A stretch of DNA of 64,000 bases, from the NCBI GenBank assembly GCA_043228905.1, contig JBHGNT010000013.1, positions 13,702,001 through 13,766,000 of the forward strand, written 5' to 3'. Positions within the stretch are counted from its first letter, which is position 1, and the number at the start of each line of letters is the position of its first letter. The DNA comes from Azolla caroliniana. Lineage: Eukaryota > Plantae > Polypodiophyta. Shown piece after piece: positions 36,798-51,500 of the stretch. The notes below the pieces were generated by a model that saw nothing but the letters and a program-made list of their open reading frames with translations, was not told the DNA's origin and searched no databases. Both the position numbers and the translations under genes were made by a program.

Positions 36798-37303
36798 GCG
36801 TGGGTTCGCTGGACAAGGTCCTGGCCCACGGACGTGCCAAGTGTTACCCGGACCCGAACAGTCGGTTTTACCGAACAAGTGGGAAAGCGTCGAAAACAGA
36901 GTCGGTTCGGATCGACTGTTCGGATCAATGACTCAGCAGTAAACGAAGAGAACTAAGTTAGTTAGATAATTTTGTAAATCTTGATAGTAAGTAGGAATAG
37001 TTCTTGATGAGAAAAGACCTTCGGTATACCTATAAAAGGGAACCGAAGGCATTGTAAGAAAGGTCGTTTTATTTAGTAATATAAGTTTAAGTTAGGAATA
37101 TCTTGTACGGATTCTGTGTTCCTTCTATTGTCTATGATCTTAAGTGCAAGCTTCCTAATTTATAACTAAGTAACGATCACGGTAATTACCGATTAATATA
37201 GTATAATTCCGTTCGTAAAACACAATTCCTTGTTAGAACGTTGAGTAGCGACGTTCACTCTTCTGTATCGGTAGTAGTTAGTAATTAGCCGATTAACAGC
37301 CTT

Positions 37304-40300
37304 TGCCCGTTTCGGTAGAGACTTTGCCCTTGCTTCTCCCCCTCAAGTGCGGCACGTCGAGATCCTGAATACCAAGCATGTCGGTAAAGTGCTACAACTT
37401 GTCCGATTCGAGCGGCTTGGTGAAGATGTCGGCAACTTGCCGATCCGTATGAACATACCGTAGGTCAACTTCACCGCTCAGGACCCGCTCACGCACGAAG
37501 TGGTAGTGCACCTCGATGTGCTTTGTGCGAGCATGGAACACAGGGTTCCTGGCGAGCTGCAGGCTGCTCATGTTGTCGCAGTAAATCGGGATCGGGGTCG
37601 GTACCTCGATCAGCAAGTCTCGCAGCAGTCGCCGAAGCCAGATGGCTTCACAAGTGGCAACGGTAGTGGCCCGGTACTCAGCCTCAATGCTTGACAAAGC
37701 CACTGTGGGTTGCTTCTTGCTGCTCCACGCAATGGCCGCGCTACCTATGGAGAACATGTATCCGGAAGTGGAGCGGCGATCAGACGCATTGCCGGCCCAG
37801 TCAACATCTGTGTAACCGACAAGCTCTTCGGGTACACCTCGCCGGTATAGCAGTCCCCGGTCCTTAGTGTTGCTGACATACCGTAATATTCGTTGCGCGC
37901 ACTGAAGATGCTCCACGATCGGCTTCTGCATGAACTGACTTACCATGCCGACCGGATAGCTGATGTCGGGTCGGGTGATGGTTAAGTAGATCAGGCTTCC
38001 GACAACCTGTCGGAACCGTTTCTCATTGCAGGCCGGTCCGAAGTTGGGACGGAGCTTCTGGTTCCGGTCCAAGGGTGTGGAGACAGGTCGGCAATCCGTC
38101 ATGCCGAACTTATACAGCATATTCAACACGTAATGTCGTTGTGACAGCAATATGCCGTCGGGGGTCCGGATCACTTCGATCCCAAGAGAATAATGAAGGT
38201 CCCCCAGGTCCTTCATTTCGAATGCGTCCGACAACTGGGACTTGACGTGGTTGATTTCGGGAAGACCCAGTCCGGTGATGACTAAATCATCCACATACAA
38301 GAGTATACATACCGGACCGTCAGAGCCTTGCCGGATGAACAACAAAGAGTCCGACTTAGAGACAGCAAACCCCAGCTTACGCAACCGGTGCGTGATCTTC
38401 GTGTTCCAAGCTCGGGGGGCTTGCTTCAAGCCGTAAAGCGACTTCTTCAGTCGGCATACCGCCGCCTTGTTCATCTCCGATTGAAATCCGGGGGGCTTAG
38501 TCATCAAGACTTCTTCTTCAAGCTTTCCTTGAAGGAAGGCGTTCTTCACATCAATCTGGTGAAGACGCCACCCCCTTGCCGCAGCAACCGCCAGTACCAC
38601 ACGAACCGTCGTCATCTTCGCCACAGGAGCGAAGGTCTCGTCATAGTCGATTCCGTGGGTCTGCGCGTATCCCTTCGCCACTAACCGGGCGTTGTACCGG
38701 TTAACAGAACCGTCGGCGTTGTACTTGACCTTGTACACCCACTTGCATCCAATTGGTTTACAGTGACGGGGAGGATCAACTAGGTCCCAAGTTTCGTTGG
38801 AATTGAGTGCCCGCATTTCTTCGCCCATAGCGGCACGCCAATTTGCGTCCTTTGCCGCTTCTGCATAGCTCTCCGGCTCAAGCACTTCTGTCACCATAGT
38901 CATGTACGCATAATGATGCGCCATGTATTCATTGTACCCGTACCGCATGACGGGATCCTTCTGGCGGGTTGATCGGCGCAATGCACCGTCACCTGATTTG
39001 AGGCCCTTCTTGGCCAGTTCGGTCTTCGTTGCCGAAGATCCGCCTTTCTCCTTTCCGGAGTCGGATACGCACCGATCCGACTCATCGTTGCCGGTTTCGA
39101 ATTCCAACATCTTCCTCTTCCCCTTCTCTTTGCGCGTGAACCGTTTCCTCGGTTCCTTGCGCGGGGAGAACCCGGCAGAGTCTCCACCACTTGCCGTCTC
39201 TTCATCCGACCGGTCCAACCGACTCAGTCGCTCGTTCGGTCCACTCAACCGTAACGATTCCGGACTCTCATCTTGAGTCCCGGCTTCATCATCCTCTGCC
39301 AGGGCTGATTCAGGCTCACTGGCCTGATCTTCCGGCATTGGGTCGGGATCGGAAGTCGGAGTCGATACGGAGTACCAGGATGACGATTCATCGAACTCGA
39401 CATCCCGGCTAACTCAGACTTCCTTCGTCCGGGGGTTATAGCACTTATACCCCTTTTGCTCTTGAGCATACCCGACTAGGATGCATTTTTCCGATTTTGC
39501 ATCCAGCTTTCTCCGCTTCTGATCCGGCACATGCACATACGCTATGCTGCCGAATATCCGAAGGTGTCTTAAGTTCGGCTTGCGCCCGAAATACAGCTCA
39601 TGAGCTGACACCTTGTCACCAATGCGGTTTTGTATGTAGACGGTCGTCCGGACCGCCTCCGATCAGTAGAACTGGGGCATGCTCTTCTCCTCCAGCATTG
39701 CCCTTGCCGCTTCGACGAGTGTCCAGTTCTTCCTTTCGGCCACACCGTTTTGCTCCGGTGTGTATCTGCAGCTGAACTCTCACCGAATTCCCTTCTACTG
39801 CAGATAACTAGTGAATTGGCTGGAAAAATATTCCTTTCCACCATCCAACCAAAGGCATTTGATCTTCCTCTCCGATTCCCATTCCACCATCTTCTGGAGG
39901 CTCTGGAAACAGTCGAAGACTTCGCTCATCCGCTCAATGAGGTAGATCCAAGTATGTCGAGTATAGTCGTCGATGAAGAAGACGAAGTATCGGCTCCCGC
40001 CAAGGCTTACACTTTGTGCCGGTCCCCACACATACGAATGGATGAGATCGAGCTTGTTATGGCTCCGGTTCCGTTCGGTGGGGAATGGAAGCCGGTGTTG
40101 CTTCCCAAGTTGGCAGGCTTCACAAATTTCGGCTCTCCGGCCGCTGAACTTCGGCAAACCGACAACGACTTGTTTCGTTTGCAGGTCTTGAAGCCTCCGG
40201 TAGTTGACGTGGCCTATCCGCTTGTGCCACAAGTCGATGTCCGACTCGACCTTCTCTCGTTTCGCGAACAGAGCGGTGCCAAAGTCATTGGTGTTGAGGA

Positions 40301-41650
40301 TAAACATGCTCCCGTCTTTGCGCCCTTGCGCAATGACTTCGCCCTCATCCTCAATGAAGCACCCGAGGTGCGTAAACCGCACCTGCATCCCCTGGTCGAC
40401 AATCTGACCAACGGACACCAGGTTCTTCGTGATTGTCAGAACGTGTAAGACGTTCATCAGCTTCCCTTTTTGTCCGACGTGGCTTAGAGGGACTTCTCTG
40501 ACGTGCACGATTGGGTGAGGAGTGTCGTCTCCGGTTTCGACTACTCCTGGTTGATCCGGTTTCTCTAGAAAGGAGAACCACTCTTTGTGGCTCGTCATGT
40601 GGTTCGACGCGCCGGAATCAACATACCACACTTCCTCCGTTTTGGAAGTGGTCTTCTTCATTGAGTTTGCCTTGTGATTCATCACCAAGGCTGGCCCCTT
40701 ACCGGCCTTTCCGGTTCCGGATCCTTCTGATCCGTTTGCGTAGTGCGAGTTTTGCCGTCCATCTTTACCGGTCTTGCCGTATCCGGATTTGTCCGAATCG
40801 GCACACTTTCTCCAGCACTCGCTTTCCCTGTGGCCTTTTTTGCCACAGTACTAGCATTCCGTAGCGGATTTGTCTTGCCGGCCTCCGGCACCGCCTTGAC
40901 TCCCCCTGCTTGTGGAAGTCTCGGAACTACTGTCGGCACGTTCATAGTGCCTCCGTTCCTGCTCTTGCCGGCCGCCTCCATTGCGTGCCGACCCACCTCT
41001 TCCACCACGCCCACGGAACCGATCCGTTCCCGTGTACAGCATTCGGCTGTCCGGGGATGCACTGGTAGATGCACCGGCGTCGTTCTCCTCTACAAGGAGC
41101 ATCGACTGTAAGTCGAAGAATGAGGGGGTATTCTCCCTTGTACACACCGTAGTCCGGAACGCTCCGAACTTGGACGCCAGGCCTCCGAGACATACCTGCA
41201 CCATCTCGTCTTCCTCTACGGTAACATTGATAGAGGCAAGCGAGTCGCAGATCTCCTTTATCCGGCCCGTGTAGTCTGCCACGGACATGTTCTTCTGTCG
41301 AACATTGCTCAACTCCTATCTGAGTTGCAGCTTCCGGGCAATGGTGCTTGCGGCGAAAACCTTTTTCAGGTTCCCCGAAGCATCCTTCGGTGTCTTGGCG
41401 TCACGGATGTGGCTGAGCAGCTGATTGCCAACACTAGACGCGAAGCAGTACATCACCCTGCTTGTCGCCTGTTCCCATACCGGGAAGTCCTTGTGTGCCG
41501 AGTCGGGCGCCGCATCATTCGCTCCTTCGACATAACTCCAGTACCCGTGTCCAAGCAGGTACTGGTGCATCTTGTAAGATCAGGATGCGTAGTTGCTCCT
41601 GTCGAGCTTCTCCACCGGGAGCGACGTAGCCATGCCTCTATCCATGTCTT
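37304..41650 (-). pseudogene. gag-pol: Copia D gag-pol (decayed)
   Basis: YVDSGASNHM, LWHKRIGH, YVDDL and YTDVDWAG motifs, with multiple stops and frameshifts. Confidence 0.95.
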
Positions 41651-42285
41651 CTACTGTGTCTGTTTTCGACCTGTTAGGGTTTTCTTCTCAAGAGTAAATG
41701 TCTACAGCAGAGGTTCTCAACCCTCGCGCTCTGATACCATGTAAACGTAAGTGTTTGCGGAAGCGTAAAACATAGAACAACATAGAGAGAGAGTGAGAGC
41801 ACAATTTCAAAATTATATCAAGACTCTGTACACACACTGTGCTAAGTAGCACTATTTATGCAAGTCCTCTTGGGACTGACAGAAGTACCATGTACTTCAA
41901 TGCTCACACGAGCATCTGACACTTACTATGAGACTATAACTACCTAGTAGTCTATCCTATATTAGGCTTCCGATTGGACTTCCGGTTACAGATTGCACCC
42001 GGCCTCCACTGCTTGCCGGTTCGGTTGCTCACCGTCATACCGATCCATTTCGCCCGATCCGTCTCGCTTACCGGCTCCGGCTTATTTAGCCGATCCGGCT
42101 CCGGTTGAGCTTGCCGCTCAACAGTTTTTTCCCTAGTTTGGGTTTTCCACGTAAACATCCTATGTACTCTTCTCTTCATTGTGTCGTTTGTTCATTCCCG
42201 TTTTCTGTGTTTGATCCTAGCCTCGGTTGTGGCCGAGCGTTGTTAGTTCCTGTCAAAGTGGTATCAGAGCAAGGCTACACAGAAA

Positions 42286-45200
42286 ATGGACGATTCGTTG
42301 GGAGGTATGTTCAAGCTCACCGGCTCCAACTATTCAGTGTGGAAGTCGAAGATGAGGGACATGCTCGTGGTTAAAGATCTTTGGTTGCCGGTTCAGTTCG
42401 GGGACAAGAGACCGGACAAAATAGACGCCACGATATGGGAGGTGATGCACATGAAGACAACGGCCTACATACGGTGCTTCATCGACATGAGCCTATACAA
42501 CAACTCCAATGAAGAGAGCAAGGTTCATGAGCTCTGGGAGAAGATTGGCATTATGTTTCAGAACAAAAATACTGTTAACCAGGTTTCAGTATTTCGGAAG
42601 CTAGTAAGACTCCAGTACCAAGATGGCTCCAGCATGGTGGAGCACATGAATGCCTTCCAGGGGCTGATCCACCAGGCAACATCATTGGAAGTACCTCTCA
42701 CCGATGAGGTACTAGCGCTACACCTACTCGGTTACCTCCCGAATAGCTGGGAGACGTTGGTTGTCACTTTGGGCAACGCCGGGCCGGAAGGGCAACAGTT
42801 ATCCCTAGCAAGAGTGAAGTCGAGCTTGCTAGATGAGGAGGCACGTCGGAAAGATAAGGATACAAGCTCCAACTCCAAAGCGCTTCTTACCGAATCGGAA
42901 TGCGGAAGACAAAGGAATCGTAGTCCCCAGTACCGGGAGAAGTCGGGGACACGGTCAAAGTCAAGGGGGAGGCCTACTTGCTTCTATTGCGGCAAGCCGG
43001 GACACTTCCAGAAGAACTGTCGGCACTTCCAAAAAGACAAGGAAACCGACGGTACCGATTCGAAGCGGACACCGAACCGGAATGGTAAAGACCGGAGGGG
43101 GCCGGACTGAAAGGGAACAACGGCAATTGCGGCAAGTGAAGAAGAGTTGATGCTCATCACTGAGGAGAGTGAGCTAAACCTTGCCGGCGACAAGATGACC
43201 TGGGTGGTCGACTCTGGAGCGTCGTTCCACCTTACCCCGGACCGGAAATGCTTCTCATCCTACTCAACCAGTGATCATGGATGTGTCCGGATGGGGAATG
43301 AAGGTACATGCCGAATTGTCGGCATAGGAGACGTGTGGTTGACAACACCAACCGGATGCAAGATGCTGCTAAAGGATGTTCGACACGTTCCGAAGGTTCG
43401 TTTGAACCTGATATCAGTCGGTTGGCTAGATGATGAAGGCTACACGGGTAGCATCCGGAACGGTGTTATGAAGTTCAACAAAGGGAGCCTGATTGTGGCT
43501 CGGGCCCGGAAGGTCTACACGTTGTAACTGATAAATGCCCGGTTATGCCCGGAAGATGTGAACGCGGCATCCGACACTACCGGTGAGCTGTGGCACAAAA
43601 GGCTGTGTCACATGAGCGAGAAGGGGATGAAGAGGCTTGCAGAAGACAACCTCATTCCAGTGAAGAACGTGCACTTGGAGAAGTGCACTGATTGTCTGGC
43701 CGGTAAGCAAAACCAGACCTCCTTCCGACCAAGGCCACCGATGAGACGTAATGCACCACTGGAGTTGGTGCATACTGATGTGTGTCAAGTGGACACGAAG
43801 TCACATGCAAGATCACAGTACTTCGTGACGTTCATAGATGACCACAGCCGGAAGCTGTGGGCCACACCATTGAAGACGAAGGATCAGGCGTTATCCGTCT
43901 TCAAAGAGCTCCACGCGAGGGTGGAAAGAGAAACCGGTCGGAAGCTAAAGGCGGTTCGAGCAGATAACGGAGGTGAATACCGGGGGCAGTTCGAGGAGTA
44001 CTGTCGCTCGAAGGGAATCCGGCTTGAATTTACCGTGCCGAAGACGCCGGAACTAAACGGGTTGGCCGAGAGGATGAACCGGACCATAATGGAGAGGGTC
44101 CGGAGCATGTTGGCTCATGCAAAATTACCCAAGACGTTATGGGCTAAGGCACTGTCGACGGCAACATATGTGATAAATTGATCACCCTCAGTACCCTTGG
44201 ATGGAGACACGCCACAGAGAGTATGGTCCGGAAAGGAAGTGTCCTACCGGCATCTGAAGGTGTTAGGGTGTCTCGTGTACGTGCATGTAGCTAAGGACCA
44301 GAGAGGAAAGTTGGATCCAAAGACCCGACCATGCATATTCCTCGGTTACGGGGACGATGAGTTCGGCTACCGAGTGTGGGACCCGGTCGACAAGAAGGTA
44401 TTCCGGAGTCGAGATATTATCTTCATGGAGGACAAGACGCTCGCCGACTGGGAGTCGAAGAAGAAGATAATGAACTTTGAGTCGACCGGTAAGGATTGAT
44501 TCTACGATGAGCGGACCCAACCGGCAAGAGACCGGTTAGCACTCGAGGAACCAGCCGATTACGGTGAGGATACCGAATCGGCAGAAGAAGAAGTAGAGGA
44601 AGCTGAAACCGGAACCGGCCAAGACCCCGAATCAGATTCGGATGAAGAATAAATGGAGGAGCCGGTTACCGAAGGCCAAAGACGGAGATATCCTCTCAGA
44701 GAGAGAAGGGCCCCCCGGAGATTTCCGGATGCAGAGCATGTGCTGCTAACCGATGAGGGGGAGCCAGAAAGCTTCGAAGAAGCGAAGGATGACACCCACA
44801 GCTGCAAATGGTTAAGTGCCATGCAGGATGAGATGGATTCCCTGCATGAGAACCATACGTACGAATTGGTGGAGTTGCCGAAAGGAAAGCGGGGACTCCG
44901 AAACAAGTGGGTGTACAAGTTGAAACTGGGAGATGCCGTCAACCCCCCGAGATACAAAGCTAGGATCGTGGTGAAGGGGTTCCACCAGAAGAAGGGCGTG
45001 GACTTCGACGAGATATTTTCCCCTGTAGTAAAAATGACCTCCATCCGGACGGTGCTGAGTATAGCGGCAAGCATGGACCTCGAGGTAGAGCAGGTAGACG
45101 TGAAGATGACATTCCTTCACGGCGACCTCGAAGAGGAGATCTACATGCAGCAACCAGAAGGTTTCGTGGAGAAAGGGAAGGAGCACCTGGTTTGCCGGTT

Positions 45201-46332
45201 GAAGAAGAGCCTGTACAGACTGAAACAGGCTCCCCGACAATGGTACCAGAAGTTCGACTCCTTCATGATCGATCAAGGGTACCACAAGACGCAGGCCAAT
45301 CACTGCGTGTTTGTGAAGAAGTTCGAAGGAGCCGACTTCCTGATACTCCTTCTGTACGTGGACGACATGTTGATCGTCGGACGGGACCAAGCCAGAATAC
45401 GGATGCTAAAGAAGGCTCTCAACCAGACCTTCTCAATGAAAGACTTGGGTCCGGCAAGACAGATGTTGGGGATGCATATCATCCGGAACCGGCCAACGAA
45501 GCAGTTGTGGCTGTCACAAGAGAAGTACGTGACAAAGGTGCTTCAGCGGTTCAACATGTTAGAAGCGAAACCGGTCGGATCGACACTTCCAACAAACTGC
45601 AGGTTATCCGGTAAGCAAAGCCCGAAGACGAAAGTAGAGAAGGATGATATGATGAAGGTTCCATATGCCTCTGCCGTCGGGAGCTTAATGTACGCAATGG
45701 TGTGTACCCGACCGGATATAGGATACGCAGTCGGAGTGGTGAGCCGGTTCATGAGCAATCCCGGCAAGGAGCACTCGAACGCGGTCAAATGGATACTCCG
45801 GTACTTGAAGGGCACTTCAAATATGTGTCTCCGATTCGGCTTCGGAAAACCTCAACTTGACAGTTTTACCGATTCGGACATGTCGGCTGATGTGGATACT
45901 AGCCGGTCTACATCCGGGTATGTAATGACATATGCGGGGGGAGCTGTTTCGTGGCAGTCGAGGCTGCAGAAGACGGTTGCGTTGTCAACCACGGAGGCGG
46001 AGTACATGGCGGCGGTGGAAGCCAGCAAGGAAATATTATGGATGAAGGACTTCATCGGAGAGCTTAGTATCTAGCAAGATGAATACCGGCTCTATTGCGA
46101 CAATCAAAGTGCCATCCACCTTGCTAAGAATGCGGCCTACCATTCCCGGACGAAGCATATCCAGTGAAGGTATCACTAGATCCGGGAAAGAGTAGATGAC
46201 TAGGAGTTCGCGCTGACGAAGATCCACACGGCCGAGAACGGGTCCGATATGTTGACCAAAGTGTTGATACCTGACAAGCTGGATGCATGTCGGAAGTGGA
46301 TTAGACTAGTAAGACATCACATGCCGGAGTGA
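42286..46332 (+). pseudogene. gag-pol: Copia C gag-pol (decayed)
   Basis: Colinear with Copia B; many premature stops. Confidence 0.95.
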
Positions 46333-47097
46333 AGGGGGAGTTTGTTGGGAAACAGGTCCCTCCGGATGGGAAGTGAGAACCGGATGACGAGTACCCGGCT
46401 ACAGAAGACCCGGTGAGAACCGGATGTGGAGTACCCGGCTACGGAAGACCCGGTGAGAACCGGATGACGTGTGCCCGGCAAGCGCCGGATGATGCAAGCC
46501 CGGTGAGGACTGCTCACCGGATGAAGGGACATATTCATAAATATGTTTTCTGAGAGTCCATCGGGGCTATATTTGTAAATAGCCAAAAAGTCATATTAGT
46601 ATAAATATGACTTAGGGCAAACTCAGAATATAGATGTTGTCGTCATTTCTTGTTGGTGGAAGATTTGAGAGTGTAACTGTGTACAGAGAGAGAGAGAGAG
46701 AGAGAGAGAGGAAGAGGTCGTTGCCTCTGTTGTAACCGCCGCCTGTGGCGAATATAGCAAGCTCGAGGTTGTTGCCTCGGTGCTTTACTGTTGTACATTG
46801 TAACATAATTATAGTTTGCAGGTTGTGGGCTGTCGTGGTTTTTTCCCTAGTTTGGGTTTTCCACGTAAACATCCTGTGTACTCTTCTCTTCACTGTGTCG
46901 TTTGTTCATTCCCGTTTTCTGTGTTTGATCCTAGCCTCGGTTGTGGCCGAGCGTTGTGCTTAGGGAGTGCGTAGTTCCTGTCACATAGAAGGCCGGAGAG
47001 GGATCCTCCAGACTAGTTCCGGAGACCTTGGCAGTTCGGCCTCCGTGGCAACGTAAGACCAAGGAGAAGGTAGGTGGCGGCGAGGGAACGAAGGTGG

Positions 47098-47538
47098 TGT
47101 TGACCAGCAAAGACTTAAAAGCCGGATAAAGTCCAGAATGGGGAAGGGATAATTATTATATTTTGAGAAGCGAACGGATAGACCTGGAATCGATATGCCG
47201 ATCTGGATCCGGGCCGGTTCGTGGCCAGTTCCCGGTTGGCACCTAGAGCCTGTGACCTATAAAACGACTCGGTTAGATTGTAATCAAATAACGGTTTTAT
47301 TAATGGAAGTGTTGTTGTTCTACATCTTGTTTAATCTTTGAAGCTTTAGTTAATTACCGTTCTGTGCTTAATAGAATCTATCTTACACATGTATTGTGAT
47401 CATTAACCACGCGGGTTGGTAGCCGGTTAGGAATACGTTTGTATCACGGTCTACGCCTACCTCACTTGCACCACCCTTTGGTGAAGTGTCCTAGAGGGAC
47501 ACCTTGTGTTAGGGTTAGTCTGGCCCCAAGGAGTAACA
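47098..47538 (+). repeat. Solo LTR, unassigned family
   Basis: TGTT...AACA termini, TSD ggtgg/ggcgg, ctataaaa box near 47257. Confidence 0.7.
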
Positions 47539-47578
47539 GGCGGTGGAGATCAGCGTGGAATGAGAATCGGGGGGACGT

Positions 47579-48515
<937 letters not shown>

Positions 48516-51500
48516 TGTCGTGAAGATTTTCGGCAATGGTGTGAAAATCACATAAGATGTACAAGATCAAGTGTCAATCATATAAAACAATAATAGTGAA
48601 TATACTAATTCTAAGTAAGTGTAATATCTTAGTACAAAACTTGAAGATCTTGAAGAGATGCACTTTACTACATAAGAAACGAACATCTAAGTGTCAACTT
48701 ATGTGGGTAAGAAGTTGTGAAAGGAAAATAGAAAATTGTGAGATATCCCACATAAATAGGACAAATAAGGTAGAGAAATAGTTATTATCTTTGTGTATAT
48801 GTGTGGAGTATAGAGAGTTTAAGGTAACTTGAACTAAGAGTGGAGGTGGCCTAGCCACTCATAAAGGTTTTGGCTAACCAAAACGGAACTAGACGGTAAC
48901 TGGCGATCGGTGATCCGGCGGAGCCGGCGAGCCGGCGGCGAAGTCGGTGATCCGGTGGTATCGACATCCGACGGGCCGGCGAGGCGGCGGCAACCGGCAT
49001 CCGACAACCAAATTAATAAATATATATATATATATATTACATATATATATACAAGGAAGGCAAGTAAGGATTTGAACCTTGCATCTCCTAGTTAAGAGTC
49101 TGTAGGCTTACCACTAGCCATGACATTTAGTTGAATTTATATTTCTATCATTGTACTTTTACATGTAAATTCACATACATGAGAGCTAAAAATGAGTGAC
49201 ATGGTTATCATGCACCACATGTAATACATGAGTGCCAAATGGCAAACATGCATTTTATGCATGTCTTGTACCCTCTCATGGATCATATGCATGAGAGCAT
49301 CTATAAAAGAAGGGATGAAAAAGAAGAAGGGTTAGGCTCTTTTGGTTATGAAATTAAGAAGAAGAAAATTCGTTATCGAATTGATCGTGTAACTTGTTTC
49401 TTAAATCTTAAGATAAAAGTTCAATCAATCTCTCTCAATATAGAGTTAAGCGTTTATTCTCAATTTCTCTCTTTCCCAATCTATCTTGAATTCTTCCTCA
49501 CTAAAGCTTGTATCGACTTCGAATCCTTCCGGTCCAGAACCCCGGCGGTTCCGCCTCACGATCCACGCCTAGTGACGAATCTTCACGACATAATTAAGTG
49601 GTGAACCCGACGTGAAAGAGGTGGTAGGAAAGATCAAGTTGAGACCAATACTTGGAGATGGCGTCCTCAAGCAATCAAGCGGGAGACCTCGAAATGATGA
49701 TGTTGATCGTCAAACAAATGATGAGATCTCGAGACAACGATGCGAGCTTTGAGAAGGCCGTCGACCGTGTCGTTGAGCTCGAGGGTCAATTTGATGGAAG
49801 GAACGTTACGAAGTTCCTTGACGCATACAAAAGGGAGATGAATCAAAGAGACATGTCTGAAGCACGTCAAATCGCAAGCTTCAAGAGAGTTGTTGCCAAC
49901 AACGTCCAAAGACGCGTCATCGAACTTCAAGAAGGTAAGACAACATGGTCTGAGTTTGACAAAACGATACTAGCGGAGTTCGCAACTGAAGACTCAACGA
50001 GGATGACTCGACATGCCCTGATCAAGTGGATAGAGAAGAAGAATAAGAAGATGAGCGCCTCGAGGGTGTACGACGAATTCAACTAGATGTTTAGTCGTCT
50101 CCGCAACACGAAACAAGTGTTGCTTGAAGTGGACAAGACTTTGTACTTCTTGAAGGCCGTGGACATGAAGGATAGACGGGAGTTGAGGACTCTTCTCGAA
50201 GACGATACCCAAGCAAATGGGCTTGTAGCGGACTGGATCGCGGTGAAGCGGGCATGCAATAGGCTCGACAAGCGTCGCCAATGGGTTGATGACACCGACT
50301 TGATGGGATCGACTACTACGGAGAAAGCAAGATCGTCGAAAGTAGCTGAGCCGCCAAGACAAAGTAACGTGGAAGAAAAGAAGATTGATGACGACATCAT
50401 CGAAGAGCTAGCGAAGAAGTTCGAGAAGGTCACGCTAGCCAACATGAATCGTCGGGGCCCTAAAGGAAAAGAACCCTTTAGATGCGTGTGGTGCGATAAC
50501 ATGGATCACATGAGAAGGGATTGTGCGAGCCTCCGAGAGGCGATCTGACAAAATATCGTATACATAGAGGACAACATGATCTGCTCGACTGAAACTCGAA
50601 GACCCCTATGGGTGAATTTCGGAAGAGGGGGAATGAAGAAATCTATGGAGGATGCCGATGTGACTCATGTGGATGCGATGCACTATGTTGCGTCGACTGG
50701 AATAAGAGTTGGGATAGACAAGACTAAAGCTGCTAGAGTGGGAGCAAAGTTTTGGACTTCCATTCTCGAATATGAGAAGAAGGGAAATGTCACTTCAAAC
50801 GAAGTAGAGCTTGCGGATCGAAGTGTGCAAAGTATAACCGGATGGTCGGATCCGGTGGATGACAACACCATACTCGCGGAGGTGATGTGCGACAACCACG
50901 AGGTGTTCGTCAAAGAAAAGAGAAAAAGAATAGAAGAGCAAGGTCCATCAAAAAGACATGAAACAAGGAATGCGAAAAAGAAGGAAGATGCGGAGACAAG
51001 TCGAGCTTTACAAATGGAGGAACGAGAATTAAGCCGAGAAGGAGAGCCGAGCGTACGAGTCGATGAAACCGTACGACCCATGAAAGTTGGTGTCGAAGAC
51101 CTCGCTCGGAGGACAAGGGCTATGCCTACCTATAAGCTAAGGTCGGACATAGAGCAGACGATGGACCTACAGAAGATTCTCGAAGAACGTGTTCTTGATA
51201 GCCACGTAACTTTGTCCTTGAGGGAATTGCTTGGCATTACGAAGGAGTTCCATGACACGATCGTGGACCTTGTAAAAAGAAAAAGACAACAATCGGACGA
51301 GGAAGAAGAGAAGCCGCAAAAAGCAAAAACGAATGCCATAACGATGGCAAGAGACGAAGTCGATGAGAATATGGTGGACAGCCACTACACTCGACCTCAT
51401 TGGGCACGAGTGACAACGGAGACGCCGGTGAAGATCGGGGAGAAGAAAGAGACCGTGGTAGCCTTGATCGACCACGGCTCGGAGATCAACCTCATGTCAA

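Larger units (their letters stand above)
27846..37298 (+). mobile_element. Athila/Tat-type (OTA-like) Ty3/Gypsy O with an extra 3' ORF
   Basis: LTRs 27846-28370 and 36842-37298 (TGTTA..TAACA), TSD gcctt, PBS-Arg at 28382. The 5' LTR carries an extra 65-bp tandem copy. Confidence 0.95.
13778..42123 (-). mobile_element. Ale/Ivana-like Copia D; 5' LTR 41740-42123, 3' LTR 13778-14156
   Basis: TSD gtttt (13773/42124), PBS-Met 41728-41739, PPT 14157-14167. LTRs differ at roughly 15 positions (about 4%). Confidence 0.95.
13288..46983 (+). mobile_element. Tork-like Copia C; 5' LTR split (13288-13777 + 42129-42255), 3' LTR 46343-46983
   Basis: TGTTGGG...TGTCA LTRs, PBS-Met 42259-42270, PPT before 46343. 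No TSD found. Confidence 0.92.

Noticed and set aside
46984-46988. catag after Copia C matching catag at 2596 as a TSD pair
   Set aside because: Both follow 3' ends of different elements, so they cannot be one duplication.
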